A DNA stretch of 63,040 bases, the filler included, from Blastocystis sp. subtype 4 (Eukaryota), in the NCBI RefSeq assembly GCF_000743755.1. It is 29 parts of 29 records of this genome, joined end to end, with 100 filler letters (N's around TTAATTAATTAA, not from the genome) between each part and the next. Parts side by side here need not be neighbours in the genome. Positions count along the whole stretch, not along the records: positions 49,281 to 51,197 come from NW_014568810.1; positions 51,298 to 53,226 come from NW_014568809.1; positions 53,327 to 55,239 come from NW_014568808.1; positions 55,340 to 57,363 come from NW_014568807.1; positions 57,464 to 60,997 come from NW_014568806.1; positions 61,098 to 63,040 come from NW_014568805.1; 23 more parts are not named here. One strand, written 5' to 3'. The stretch's first letter is position 1, and each line of letters begins with the position of its first letter. Positions 49,281 to 61,261 of this stretch are shown here, piece after piece. The notes below the pieces were generated by a model that ran no database searches, was not told where the DNA came from, and was given only the letters and a program-made list of their open reading frames with translations. The translations under genes were made by a program, and so were the position numbers.

Positions 49281-50838
49281 ATGGATTGAAGAATGGATAT
49301 GGATTATTGTATGATCGAAATGGAATGATTGAATATGAAGGACTATTCAAAGATGATGTTATTATTGATGTTAATGATGTTGATATTGATAGTGATGATG
49401 ATGTTGTTATGTATTATGATGATTGTGAATTGATTATTACTAGTTGTATTGAACCTCTGATTATTGATAATATCAATCCTGATATATCATCATTGATATT
49501 GAACAATTCATTGATATCAGTGAAACGAATGGACATTGCAAATGATTGTTTTAAGAATGTGAATCGATTTGTGATTGATGGATTGAATGAATTGGAGAGT
49601 GTGACCATTAAATATGATAGCTTCACTCTAGATTATGAAAATCGAGAAGAAAGCAAATGTTTGATAATGAATTGTGATCAATTGAAACAAATCCACATTG
49701 AATACAGATCATTCGAGTTCTATGAATCATTTGAATTGAAGAATCTTTCTTCTCTGATATCCATTCAATTGGATGATTATGTATTCTCTGAGTGTCGTTG
49801 GATAGTATTTGAGAGTATGAATGATTGAATGACTGATGAATGAGATCTGACTCGACTTCAATCCATCACTCTTGGAGAATGGGCTCTTGGTAGTGATAAT
49901 GATACTGTTGAATCAAATGAATTGATAATGAAGAGTATGAATGATGGTGATGATTGATTGATTAGATCTTCCTTCTCTATCAATGATCAAAGGAGATAAT
50001 TACAATTTCTATCATATAGGCAAAGTACAATTGGAGAGTGATGATTGATGATTGAATTTGAATTAGACATTCCATCACTCACTGAACATGGAATACAATT
50101 GAGAGGATCATTTGTTAATACAATAGAACTGAGTTGTACAAGTAGGATTGATTAATTGTAGAAACAATAGATGATGCTCTTGAGTATATTGTTACAAAGA
50201 ATAGTATTGTAACCCCATCTGAACACCTACTGTCACTTCATCAATCAATATTCTGGATATCAAGAATGGATCAAATGCAACAGATTTCTAATAATATTAA
50301 TTCCATTTTGATTCAAGGAAATGTTGGAAGAAGAAGCAAGTCATTCAGTATTTCTAATCTTCCATCTCTTATTACTCTTGAAATGGGATGTGTTGCATTC
50401 TGTGATTGTCGTTGGATAGTATTTGAGAGTATGAATGATTGGATGAATGATGAATGAGATCTGACTCAACTTCAATCCATCACTCTTGGAGATAGGGCTC
50501 TATATGGTGATTATACAAGAGAAACGAATGAATTGATAATGAAGAGTATGAATGACAATGATTGATTGATGAGATCTTCCTTCTCTATCTACACAAAGGA
50601 GATGGTTACAATTTCTATAATATAGGCAAAGTGCAATTGGAAAGTGATGATTGATGATTGAATTTGAATTAGACATTCCATCACTGAGTGAAGAAGGAAT
50701 TGAGATGGAATATTACAGAGATAAACCATTTGAAGGGGTAAGAGAATTGCATAGTTCAAGTATGATTGACTGATTGTTAATGAATGAGATGCTGATTCTC
50801 TTAATCGATTCATTCAACAGAAGAGTATGTACATTTAA
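49281..50838 (+). CDS. MORN + LRR family protein, multi-exon (5' truncated)
   Basis: KNGYGLLYDRNGMIEYEGLFKDD; removing introns 49815-49844, 49935-49965, 50038-50066 etc. restores NLTRL/NLPSL/NIPSL repeats. Confidence 0.85.
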
Positions 50839-50992
50839 GAGGAGAGAATATACGAGCGAGATATGTGTAGGGATTTAAGATTAATGATTAGATATTGTTT
50901 GTTACAAAATAGATGTTAAACACTACTTAGATGCCGTAGTGGGCACTTAATGTCCATACCATTCAGGCCTCGTACTCGTTCTACATAATCTT

Positions 50993-51197
50993 AGTAGTAG
51001 GTAATTGACGTATGTTACGTATTCTTTCAAACAGACAAACCGTCGCAAACATGGGCCTCCAACCCTGGGTAGCTATACACACTTAACCCTACCAGACAAA
51101 AACGCCACGAAAATGCAGACAAAAAGGCCCATAAACAAGCTCGAAAAGGCAGACATTTTGATCATAATTTGGAACACATATCCAATCCATTTCAAGT
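50993..51197 (+). mobile_element. Polinton/Maverick-like terminus, R-type (copy 6)
   Basis: AGTAGTAGGTAATTGACGTATGTTACG...; near-identical to the reverse complement of 27600-27802. Confidence 0.82.
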
Positions 51198-51297
51198 NNN
51201 NNNNNNNNNNNNNNNNNNNNNNNNNNNNNNNNNNNNNNNNNTTAATTAATTAANNNNNNNNNNNNNNNNNNNNNNNNNNNNNNNNNNNNNNNNNNNN

Positions 51298-53226
51298 TGT
51301 CTGGATCTCGCGAACTGCATCATCTTCACTTGTCATATGAAGAGTAGCCAGAATGTTCAATGTTCTTTGCAGAACGCTGAGCCAGACGGAGAGACGGAGT
51401 GTACGCTAAATTGCTTCCGATAAGAGTGGCTGAATTGTAAACGGCCATGTATACAATGAAGAGTTGGAGATAAGTAAGCATATCATGGTTAATCATTACA
51501 GCTCCAACACTCATGATCACAATGACAAAGATTGTAGGAACAAACTGAGATAAACACTGACCAGCTGCTCCTCGCAATGTACGTGCCTTTGTCAACTTAT
51601 CAGCATCAGCCATATCCTTATCAATAGAAGTGAGTAATGTCTCTTCCAAACCATAAGCATGAACTGTGTGGATATTCAACAAATAGTCCGTAATCGTTCC
51701 AGACTCTTTTGTCAATGTGTTATCAATTCTCTCTGTCATGTTACTCACAACCATATACTGCAGATACTCAGCTGACAGTACCAGTGGAGAGATAATGAAT
51801 GCAAGCAGACCCAATCTCCACTCACCCAATGGAGAGAAACACATCACAATACAAGCAATCACAATCAGAGTATTCTCCACAAGTTTACCACTCTGATCCA
51901 CCAGATCACGCAATCGACGACCATCAATACTCAATCTGGATGTCAGAATCGAAGGGAGATGATTGGGTTCATCAAAGAAGGATACGAAAGATACTTGGAA
52001 AATGTATCAATTCGCAATTGTCGAATAAGACGTTCACCTACCATAGCAGAGAGATTCCACTGAAGAACAGATCCAATGTAGTTTAGAATCGTAGCAATGA
52101 CGATCAACCAAATACAGAACCAACTATTATCCCAGAAGTACTGAACGTCAAAATCATAGAACAATTCCTGAACAAGAGATGCACCACAAGAATACATAGG
52201 TATGAAGAATGCGCTAATAAATGTACCGAATAGAGATAACCAGAACATCCATTGATATTTGGGGATATAGCTAAGAAGAGAGAGAAGAGACACACGATGC
52301 ATTGTCTTGACAGCTTCTTCATCAGGAATGTCTCTTTCTTCTTTTCCTCAGATATCACAGTAGAATCCACCGATTGAACACGAATCAGTTCTTGTTTGTC
52401 TTCCTTCTTATCAACTTCAGAGAGTGGAGAAACAGGAGTAACAGAACCTGTTGTGGCTTGACTCTCATACAGAGCAGAGTAAATGCCCTTCTTATTCAAT
52501 AACTCCTCATGAGTTCCTTCCTCAACCACATGTCCTTCATCCACAACCACAATTCGATCACACGAACGAATGGTACTCAATCGATGAGCAACGACAACGA
52601 TACTCAGACTTCCTCCATTCTTTCTGTTCTGTTCACGAATTGTATCCACTGCATGCTGCACAATAGCTTCTGTTTGTGTATCCAAAGCACTTGTTGCTTC
52701 ATCCAACACCAGAATCCGAGGTCTTCTCAACAATGCTCGAGCAATCGCAATTCGTTGTTTCTGACCTCCTGACAGCGAAGTACCCAGTTCACCAACATGA
52801 GTATCATATCCATTAGGGAAGGATCGAATGAATCCATCAGCATCCACAAGCTTGGCTGCTTCCACCATCTCTTCCTTCGTACATCCAACACGACCATACA
52901 TCAGATTCTCTCGGATTGTGCCTGAGAACAGAACTGGCTCCTGAGCAACATAACTGATATTCTCACGTAACCAATGAACATCCAAAGTCCTTGTATCCAT
53001 TCCATTCCATGTGATACTACCACCAGAAGGTGCATACAGTTGCATAAGAAGCTTGAGAATCGTAGACTTCCCTGAACCACTCTCTCCAACAATTCCTAAC
53101 ATCTCATCCTCATGAATCGTCATATTGAGATGATTGAGTACTTGGCTGTCTCGAGAAGCATACTTGAAATCAATGTCCTTAAACACAATATCTCCCTTAC
53201 TCGATTCAGGACGAATCCCTGATTGA
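51298..53226 (-). CDS. ABCB (MDR/P-glycoprotein) transporter, NBD1 plus TMD2 (partial; frameshifts near 52320 and 51940)
   Basis: GESGSGKST, LSGGQKQRIAIARAL, LVLDEATSALD, VAHRLSTI; then TMD GERLIRQLRIDTF...WRLGLL...IHTVHAYGLE. Confidence 0.9.
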
Positions 53227-53329
53227 NNNNNNNNNNNNNNNNNNNNNNNNNNNNNNNNNNNNNNNNNNNNTTAATTAATTAANNNNNNNNNNNNNNNNNN
53301 NNNNNNNNNNNNNNNNNNNNNNNNNNGAC

Positions 53330-55239
53330 GTGATGGGAAAGGTGATGCGAAGTGTTCGAGGCAATGATAAACGATTCTTCAATTCCTCAAAGAAGGGTGA
53401 GGTTGGAGAATGGAAGAAACAACTCCATAGTCTCGATCCCAGTGAAGTCACAAATGCTATGAAATGCGTGATTGCCGCAATGACAATCGGAACCGATGTG
53501 TCGATGTTGTTCCCCGATGTTATTAGTTGCATTCACAACGAAACATTGGAACTGAAGAAGCTTGTTTACTTGTAGGTGTGACTAGGAGATGTGATTTGTA
53601 GATATCTTATTAACTATGCTCGGGCAAAGCCTGAATTGATCATTCTCGCTGTAAATACATTTGTCCGTGATACAGAAGACCCAAATCCTTTGATTCGAGC
53701 TCTGGCACTACGTACCATGGCCTGTATCCGTGTTCAAAAGATCGTGGAGTATCTAATTCTCCCTCTCGGTAAGTGCATCGACGATGTGGATCCATATGTG
53801 CGTAAGACTGCTGCAATTTGTGTGGATAAATTCTACGATATGGATCCGAAACGTTGTGAAGAAGAAGGCTTTATCGAGCGACTTCGTCGTATGATCGGCG
53901 ATTCCAGTCCTATGGTAGATGAAGTGCCTTGGTAATCATTGTAGGTTGTAGCTAATGCCATTGCAGCACTTTGTGATATCTCCGAAACTATTGGTCGTGA
54001 TGTCCTGCGTCTGAAGCCTAAGTTGGTGAACAAGTTGCTAGCAGCCTTGAATGAGTGCTCTGAATGGGGTCAGATCTTCCTTCTGGATGCACTCTCTTCG
54101 TACATTCCTGAAAGTGAGGAGGAGGCAATGCTGATTGTGGAGAAGACGATTCCTCGTCTGCAGCATGTCAACAGTGCAGTGATGTTGGGGTAAGTGTGTA
54201 GATAAGGAGTGAGAGGTAGAGCTGTTAAGGTGATTCTGTTGAATGTAGAAGATTGTGATGAGGAATTGAGCCGAAATGCATTGAACAAAATGGCGCGTGC
54301 TTTGGTTACATTGGCAACAGTAGATTCAGCAGAATTACGGTATGTGGCATTGCGCAATTTGCGCCTGATCATTCAGAAAGTGCCAAATCTTCTTAGTAAG
54401 AATATCCAAGTGTTCTTCTGTAAGTATAATGATCCAATCTATGTGAAAATGGAGAAATTGGAGTTGTTGGTGTCTTTGGCTACACCTAAATATGTAGAGA
54501 AGATTCTGAATGAATTGAAGGAGTGAGTGTGTGTGAGAGATGTGACTCGTAGTTATTCAACTGAAGCTGATATCGAATTTGTTCGAGCTTCTGTTCATGC
54601 GATTGGAAGATGTGCGTTGAAGGTGGACAGTACAGTGGATAAGTGTATCTCGGTATTGCTGACTCTCCTACAGAGTAAGATCAGTTATGTGGTTCAAGAG
54701 ACTGTCGTTGTAATTCGTGACATTTTCCGTATGTATCCGAATAAGTACACATCTGTCATTGTACCCATGTGTGCTGTGATGGATCTGGTTGAGGAACCTG
54801 AGGCTAAGGCCAGCATGATCTGGATTGTGGGTGAGTATTGTGATGTTATCGATAATGCTGCTGAGTTGCTGGATGTCTTCCTTGACTCTTTCCATGATGA
54901 AACACCCACAGTACAATTGGAGATGCTCACAGCTGTGGTCAAACTGTTCCTGAAGCATCCTTCAGAAGGTCAGTCATTGGTAACATCTGTTTTGACGATG
55001 GCAACAGAAGAGTGTACCAATGCTGATGTACGGGATCGAGGTTATATGTACTGGCGTCTGCTGTCCTCAGATGCCAAACTGGCCAAACAAGTTGTGTTGG
55101 GTGATAAGCCAACGATCACACCAGAGTTAGAGGAGGTGAGATTGAAGTGAATGTATGATCCATAGCAAATTGATGACGATACATTGCAAGCATTACTCGA
55201 GGAAATTGGATTAGTATCCTCGGTATATCACAAACCTGC
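53330..55239 (+). CDS. AP-1/AP-2 complex beta subunit (beta-adaptin), multi-exon, 3' truncated
   Basis: [86 protein letters not shown]. Confidence 0.95.
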
Positions 55240-55339
55240 NNNNNNNNNNNNNNNNNNNNNNNNNNNNNNNNNNNNNNNNNNNNTTAATTAATTAANNNNN
55301 NNNNNNNNNNNNNNNNNNNNNNNNNNNNNNNNNNNNNNN

Positions 55340-55450
55340 AATCCCATTACTCTTAACAATAATCTGATCTGCATTCTTGTATACAATTCCTGAAGCAGCT
55401 GTATCAACTGCTCGTATCTTTCCATCCTGATTTAAGTAGAGGATGCTCAT
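55340..55450 (-). CDS. 5' end of an unidentified element gene (MSILYLNQDGKIRAVDTAASG...)
   Basis: ATG at 55450 with an open frame to the contig edge, downstream of the integrase. Confidence 0.45.
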
Positions 55451-55535
55451 TTTACTTATTCGAAGAATAAGGAAACATGTTTCTACGTAATAAAAGGAAA
55501 GATTATTGTTGTTTGAAAGAAATGATAATAATCAC

Positions 55536-56543
55536 TTAGAAAGTGATCTTTGGTGTATCAACAATCTGATTGACTTGTTCTGGAGTCATATCTGATTTCT
55601 TGAGTTCATGATAATAGAACAATCGTTTGTTCGCATTGTTAATCTCTTGTTTGTGTTGTGGGAAATCTCTAGGTTGTGATCGTCTTGTTAATCGAGTNAG
55701 TCTGTATCCATATGGAAGTGGTTGATTTGATGTGTCATTCACTTTGAATAGATCTTTGGACCAGTTTGGCATTAAGGATTTCTTCTGAAGTGGCATTAAT
55801 GATTTGTTATACTTGAATCGAACAATGTCTCCTTCATGGAATACCTCTCTCTTGTCCTTTGGTTTCAGTTTCTTCGGTTCATCACTCTCATCATACTTCC
55901 TTTCTGAAGTGTATATCTCAAATGGACTTTGTTTCACAATACGATCATTAATCTTCTTTGAAAGAGCAGTGTGTGGACGATCATTGTACTCATCAACAAT
56001 CTTCTTATAATGATTCATCCAATAGTTGTTCTTCTCTTTCGTCACATAATAAGATAGATCTTCTTTGAATGTTTTGATGAATGATTCTGCAATTGCAGCA
56101 CCATACTTGCCTTCTGCGATATAATGAATGATATTCTTGCTTTCAAGCCATCTATCAAGTGCTTTCAATCCCATTTCTTCATCACTTGCAATTCGATTTG
56201 GTTTTGCTTCACTTGCTGGATGTGTTATCACTTCATTTGCTTGTTTGAATGTTTCTTCTAAAGCATCTTTGATGGCTGCTGTATTCTTCGATTTCATGGG
56301 TACAGTGAATGCATATCTACTGTAGACATCAACAGCAACCAGAATGTAGGAGAAGTGACGATTGATGGTTTTGTCTTTGTGAAAATCGATTAGATCAACA
56401 GCCCATACATTGTTAGGAAAGTCACCAATCCATTTTCGTGTAGTGAGATGTTTAGCAGTTCTTCGTTGTGTTCTTTCTCTTGCATCTTGTTTGATAAGAT
56501 GTCTNACAGTTTCTGTATGTTCTTGATCTTGCTCTTCTGGCAT
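55536..56543 (-). CDS. Retroviral-type (rve, DDE) integrase of Polinton/Maverick class
   Basis: WAVDLIDF..YILVAVDVYSRYAF.VPMKSK; RIASDEE; AIAESFIKTFK; YNDRPHTAL..SP; FHEGDIVR..PNWSKDLFKV..FYYHEL; intronless; no gag or RT nearby. Confidence 0.9.
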   Translation of the reverse strand: MPEEQDQEHTETXRHLIKQDARERTQRRTAKHLTTRKWIGDFPNNVWAVDLIDFHKDKTINRHFSYILVAVDVYSRYAFTVPMKSKNTAAIKDALEETFKQANEVITHPASEAKPNRIASDEEMGLKALDRWLESKNIIHYIAEGKYGAAIAESFIKTFKEDLSYYVTKEKNNYWMNHYKKIVDEYNDRPHTALSKKINDRIVKQSPFEIYTSERKYDESDEPKKLKPKDKREVFHEGDIVRFKYNKSLMPLQKKSLMPNWSKDLFKVNDTSNQPLPYGYRXTRLTRRSQPRDFPQHKQEINNANKRLFYYHELKKSDMTPEQVNQIVDTPKITF

Positions 56544-56579
56544 TTATTCAAACAAGAAATAACGCTACTAATTGTTGAT

Positions 56580-56817
56580 AGTGTAGTAGTGTAGTAGTGT
56601 AGTAGCCTCCAAAATAATTGCTACAAAAGTAATTTATCCAAAAATCTTTGCAAAATTGAAAAACAGGCTACTACACCTACTACACCCTCATAAACAAGTC
56701 ACTTAAACCCTTATAAATAAAAGAATATCCCCATAAATGAGCCAGTTTATGAGGGATTAAGTGTAGTAGTCTACTTCTTTGTAAGCTACTACACTACCTA
56801 CTACACCCTACTACACT
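56580..56817. repeat. Origin-like array of GTGTAGTAG/CTACTACAC repeats in converging orientations
   Basis: 3 forward, 2 reverse, 1 forward and 3 reverse copies separated by AT-rich spacers. Confidence 0.8.
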
Positions 56818-56822
56818 TCAAT

Positions 56823-57200
56823 CTATTTGAAGAGAATGGAGACATAGATAGGATAATGGGATGTATACAAATGATCATCTTCATCAACCAATCTGAATGT
56901 CATTTGTGAACATGTTCTAAGAGGGATATCACATTGTGTTTGATAGTAGAAAGTGTTTGGATCAATCACATTATCAATCATACTATCAACCTCTTGTCCA
57001 TGCAAATCCATCTCACAGATACTATCTAATGATCCTGATTTCATTCCTGGTTCTTTACATCTTTCAACTTGATCACAACATATTCGAATCGATTTGTTGA
57101 TCCTTCGTTTAGTAAGTACTGTTATGGCAACAATATGAAGATTGACAGGAATTCGCCAATCCATCACATACTTGTTTTGTATCTCAAACAACTTGTTCAT
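56823..57200 (-). CDS. Small beta-rich protein, penton/minor-capsid-like
   Basis: SIRICCDQV...YYQTQCDIPL...MTFRLVDEDDHL....PIYVSILFK resembles the Polinton penton C-terminal pattern (I.I.CD.V ... F.L.D..G.....V.L.F); adjacent to the integrase. Confidence 0.5.
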   Translation of the reverse strand: MNKLFEIQNKYVMDWRIPVNLHIVAITVLTKRRINKSIRICCDQVERCKEPGMKSGSLDSICEMDLHGQEVDSMIDNVIDPNTFYYQTQCDIPLRTCSQMTFRLVDEDDHLYTSHYPIYVSILFK

Positions 57201-58016
57201 TTTCCTTTTACTATGTAAAAGGAAACATAATGTGTTTCTACTGTGTAATAAAAAACACCTTTGGTTTACTTAGTAAATGAAAAGCAATTCAATCTCATTG
57301 AATAAGTCGCGTAGCAACATGAGTGCAACTCCTATCGATTTCTCAGACAAGAGCAAACAATCGNNNNNNNNNNNNNNNNNNNNNNNNNNNNNNNNNNNNN
57401 NNNNNNNTTAATTAATTAANNNNNNNNNNNNNNNNNNNNNNNNNNNNNNNNNNNNNNNNNNNNGACTATTGATGATACAACTCTTTCTATCCACTAATCA
57501 TCTCACATTATCAATCATACTACAGAGACCTGAGGCCAAGCGTTCTCTGTGGAGTCAGCACCTTAACTCCTTGAGCTGACGCCATGAAGGAATGTAAAAT
57601 GTTATGTAAATGGTCAAATGGTGTGAATATAATAAAACAAACTCTCTGGCACTCGTTGATGGTCAGTTACCAAGGTGACTAACAACTGCAAGTTGTGTAA
57701 CCAGGATATGCCCTATTATTGTACAGCAAAACAACTGAATTGAAACACAGAAGACGGATATCGACGTTAAAAGACTTCTGCATAATGAAGTGAATTGGAG
57801 AATTCGAATCATTCAACGAATGGTTGATGCCACTGTTATCAAAGTTATGGGAATGGGTATAGTAAGATTATACTAAATGGACTCTAGCTTCCATTTTCAT
57901 CGCTTGCAATCACTTTCAGGTAATCTTTCAATCAAATTGAAATACAACCTAGTATAATCAAAGTGAATGATTCTTATTACTGTCGCTTATCAGCCTGTTC
58001 AGCACTGTTTGAATGG

Positions 58017-58373
58017 TTAAACCTTCCCATTAACGCTTAATCTTATGTTGATGTAGATGTCTGAAGCGATTGATACTACTTCACCATGACGATCACACAC
58101 ATCAAACTGAACCGAACGCAAATCACTCATACAAACTCCTGGCATGTTCAAATGACTAAACGAACACACATTGTTCAATCCTATTGTTGAATAGATCATA
58201 CAATCCACTAATGGACTTGTTTCAAATGATATCATCTGCTTTACCAGATTACTGTAGATTCGAATACAATTCAATCCATTTGATACATCTACTGGTTCTC
58301 TTCCTTTCACATCAGTGCTGATATCTTGTTTTGAACAAATGAGACTTCTCCTATTGTATGAATCAAGTATCAT
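58017..58373 (-). CDS. Penton/minor-capsid-like C-terminal fragment
   Basis: PVDVSNGLNCIRIYSNLV...VQFDVCDRHGEVVSIASDIYINIRL. Confidence 0.55.
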   Translation of the reverse strand: MILDSYNRRSLICSKQDISTDVKGREPVDVSNGLNCIRIYSNLVKQMISFETSPLVDCMIYSTIGLNNVCSFSHLNMPGVCMSDLRSVQFDVCDRHGEVVSIASDIYINIRLSVNGKV

Positions 58374-59404
58374 TCTGTTGTTGGATTTGATAAGGATGAA
58401 TAGTCCAATTTGTTGATTCTCTAGTCAAGTCTATCTCATTGATCACTCTTTCTCTCATTCAACTCCTCATCAAATTGATTTCATGATGATTATCTCATTT
58501 GAATTGATTGTTATAGAGTTGCGTTTGAGAATCTCTCTATTCAATGAATGAAGATTGTTGATTGAAGATTGATAAGAGTATTGATGATAGAAGTGAATAT
58601 GATAACATATGAATGAAATAAAGATGATTTGAAAGAGAGAGTGAAATAGAATAAGGAAATAGAAGTGAATTTAATATATGAATTGATTGTTTGTCTGAAG
58701 AAGAGTGTTTGAAACTGTGAATTGATATTGATTGAATAGATGTAATGATATAGAATCGATTGAGATAGAATATGAGAATGATGATGATTTGATGAGAATA
58801 GTATCATTCAGAACAACAATTTGAGATAATAATGATATGAGAATGATTGAATATGATGATTGAATAGAATGAATATGAATAGAATTGGAAATGATATAAG
58901 AATGAGTAGAATGACAATGAGATAGTATTTGAAGATAGAATGAGTAGATTTGTTAATCAATAGCATTTGTGATGATGATAGTAATGATGATATGATGATA
59001 GGACTAGCGCTTAAGGAGCAAGAAATGTGACAGAATCATGAATGAAACTCTTGTATGCTCAGTGATATTGATAATCAAAGTAGTCACACTATTCAGTTAA
59101 CCATTTCCCCGTTTTGATCTTCTAATCACATGATCTTTCATTCTTCATTCTATTCATTCAGTTACTTATGTTTGAAGATAGTTTGATGTAACTGAGATTG
59201 AATTTGTATTTGATTGATATGAATTCTGAAGAATCTGATATGAATGAACTGAAACACATTCTTTAGTTCAGTTTCTATTGTTCCAAGTATTTCTCATTTG
59301 ATGATATAGTTAATAATAGATAGATGATGATTGAACAAGAATTGAAAGGATATGAAATGAATATGAAAACAATGTATTCTTATTGTATTGTTCTCACAAA
59401 CACT

Positions 59405-60607
59405 CTATTTGATTCCATTTCTTTCTGGCCAGAAGATACTTTGATTTGGAAAGGATTCAAATATCTTCCAATATAGATTAGGTGCTTCATAAGGAGAAAC
59501 GAAACTCTTGAATTGTTCTTCATTGAAAGCAACAGTTGTTCCTTTCTGAGTAGTATTACATATTCCAGAACTAAAGTAACACCGCTGTCGATTCTCCAAC
59601 TCACCATTCTTTCCATTCATTATCTCACATTCTCCTGGTGAACCATGAATGAAATGAACTTTACCATTAACAGGAAGTGAGGATCGATAACAATGACCAC
59701 CTCCTTCAAATACTCCTTTCTCATTGATCCCATGAGAAGCATAACACCAATTGAAACTCAACCATCGAAATGATAGGTTTGGAGGATTCTTATTGAACAG
59801 AACACGATAGATTCCACTTTGATCATCTGGATTATTCAATCTTCTCATTGTTTGATATACTTCAATCCAGAAGGCTTTTGTCTTTGGATTGGATCGAAAC
59901 AGAATTCCAGCACCCATAATATAACCCCTTTTGTTGACTCGATTTCCAACAGACAAATCCACTTGACTCTTATCAAATTGAGAGAAGAGTTGAATAGTGG
60001 AATCTCGATCACAAGGATAGACATGTGTATCAATGACAAAGTTCAATCGAAAGGGAGGATAGGCATTATACAACATTCGAGTATACCATTGTTTCCCTTT
60101 CATTATTGGTACATCATCTTCATGAATTCGATAGATCACATCAATGTAATCATTGAGTTCATCAGGAATAGGACAGTTGGTGACAACAGCAATTCGACTC
60201 TAGAATGATAAGAATGATTGAATAATACCTTCTCATTGAGATTCTTGATATACTTGGAATTGTTGATAGTTTGAGACATGTAATTGGTTGATCCATTGCA
60301 TTGATGTGGATAATAGACATAGAACACAAATCCTTGATCAAAGAGAATGAATGAAGTGTTGGGAAGAGTGTGATGAGGAATGGGTTCAATCACAATCCTA
60401 TTCAATCATATCAATCTTCATTCCAAACGGTGACTTTCCTTGTTTCTTTGGGATTACTGTAGGGATAGAAGATGAAAGAAGAGGAGTTGAAATATCATTG
60501 GATCGAATACGAACTGATTCTTGGTTATGATAATCAGAAGAGAATGAATTGGAATTGATTACTGTTAAGAACCAATTGATGAACAGAAGAACAACAATCA
60601 ATCTCAT
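59405..60607 (-). CDS. GT-A fold nucleotide-diphospho-sugar transferase with signal anchor, two introns (~60398-60428, ~60200-60228)
   Basis: Spliced ORF MRLIVVLLF...NLNEK|SRIAVVTN...PPFRLNFVIDTHVYPC...AGILFRSN...PDDQSG...VHFIHG. Confidence 0.72.
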
Positions 60608-60762
60608 TCAATACCAAATTGTATTATTCAATGGCATTTATTCATTTTGAGAAGTGACATGATCATGAATCCAGGTGATATAATAACGAAATGAAGAGAT
60701 GGAATGGTTTACAAATACAACTNGAAGTATCTCTATGTGAACTGTGAATCAATAGTAATTGA

Positions 60763-60868
60763 TAGATTGATTCTTTGTTTCAAACACTTCAAAACACAGT
60801 TCGATATCGTTTCAATGCTTCTTCCTTATTACAGATAGGTTGAATAGGTGTTGAATTCATTCTCTTCA
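60763..60868 (+). repeat. Repeat D, copy at ~62407-62496
   Basis: TCAATGCTTCTTCCTTATTACAGATAGGTTGAATAGGTGTTGAATTCATTCTCTTCA is identical in both. Confidence 0.85.
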
Positions 60869-61261
60869 TCCGATTAAGGAAGGAACTAAAGATAACTCTC
60901 ATTCTCTTCTTTCCTTCTTGATTTCCATTGAAACTCTTTGCCATTTCTGATCTATTCATTATTCACTTCATTTCTAAACTACTCTTTATGAGGTGCANNN
61001 NNNNNNNNNNNNNNNNNNNNNNNNNNNNNNNNNNNNNNNNNTTAATTAATTAANNNNNNNNNNNNNNNNNNNNNNNNNNNNNNNNNNNNNNNNNNNNCAA
61101 TCTGATACAACAATCATTCTCTTTCCATATAGAATAGACTATTCAATTGATTCTCACAAACTGATAGAATTGATTGAGATATTGAATGTAGATAATGATC
61201 AAATTGATATAATCAACAATCACTCAATTACTATTCTCTTTCTCTGATCATCAGAAAGGGA

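Noticed and set aside
56580..56817. CRISPR-like or telomeric interpretation of the GTAGTAG and GGAGTAGG arrays
   Set aside because: Units are 8-9 nt, in both orientations, internal between genes and lack regular unique spacers; eukaryotic context with no cas genes.
58400..59400. Long GA/AT-rich tract with GAAT/GAT periodicity (similar at 37006-37450)
   Set aside because: Low-complexity intergenic DNA with no fixed repeat unit or credible ORF.
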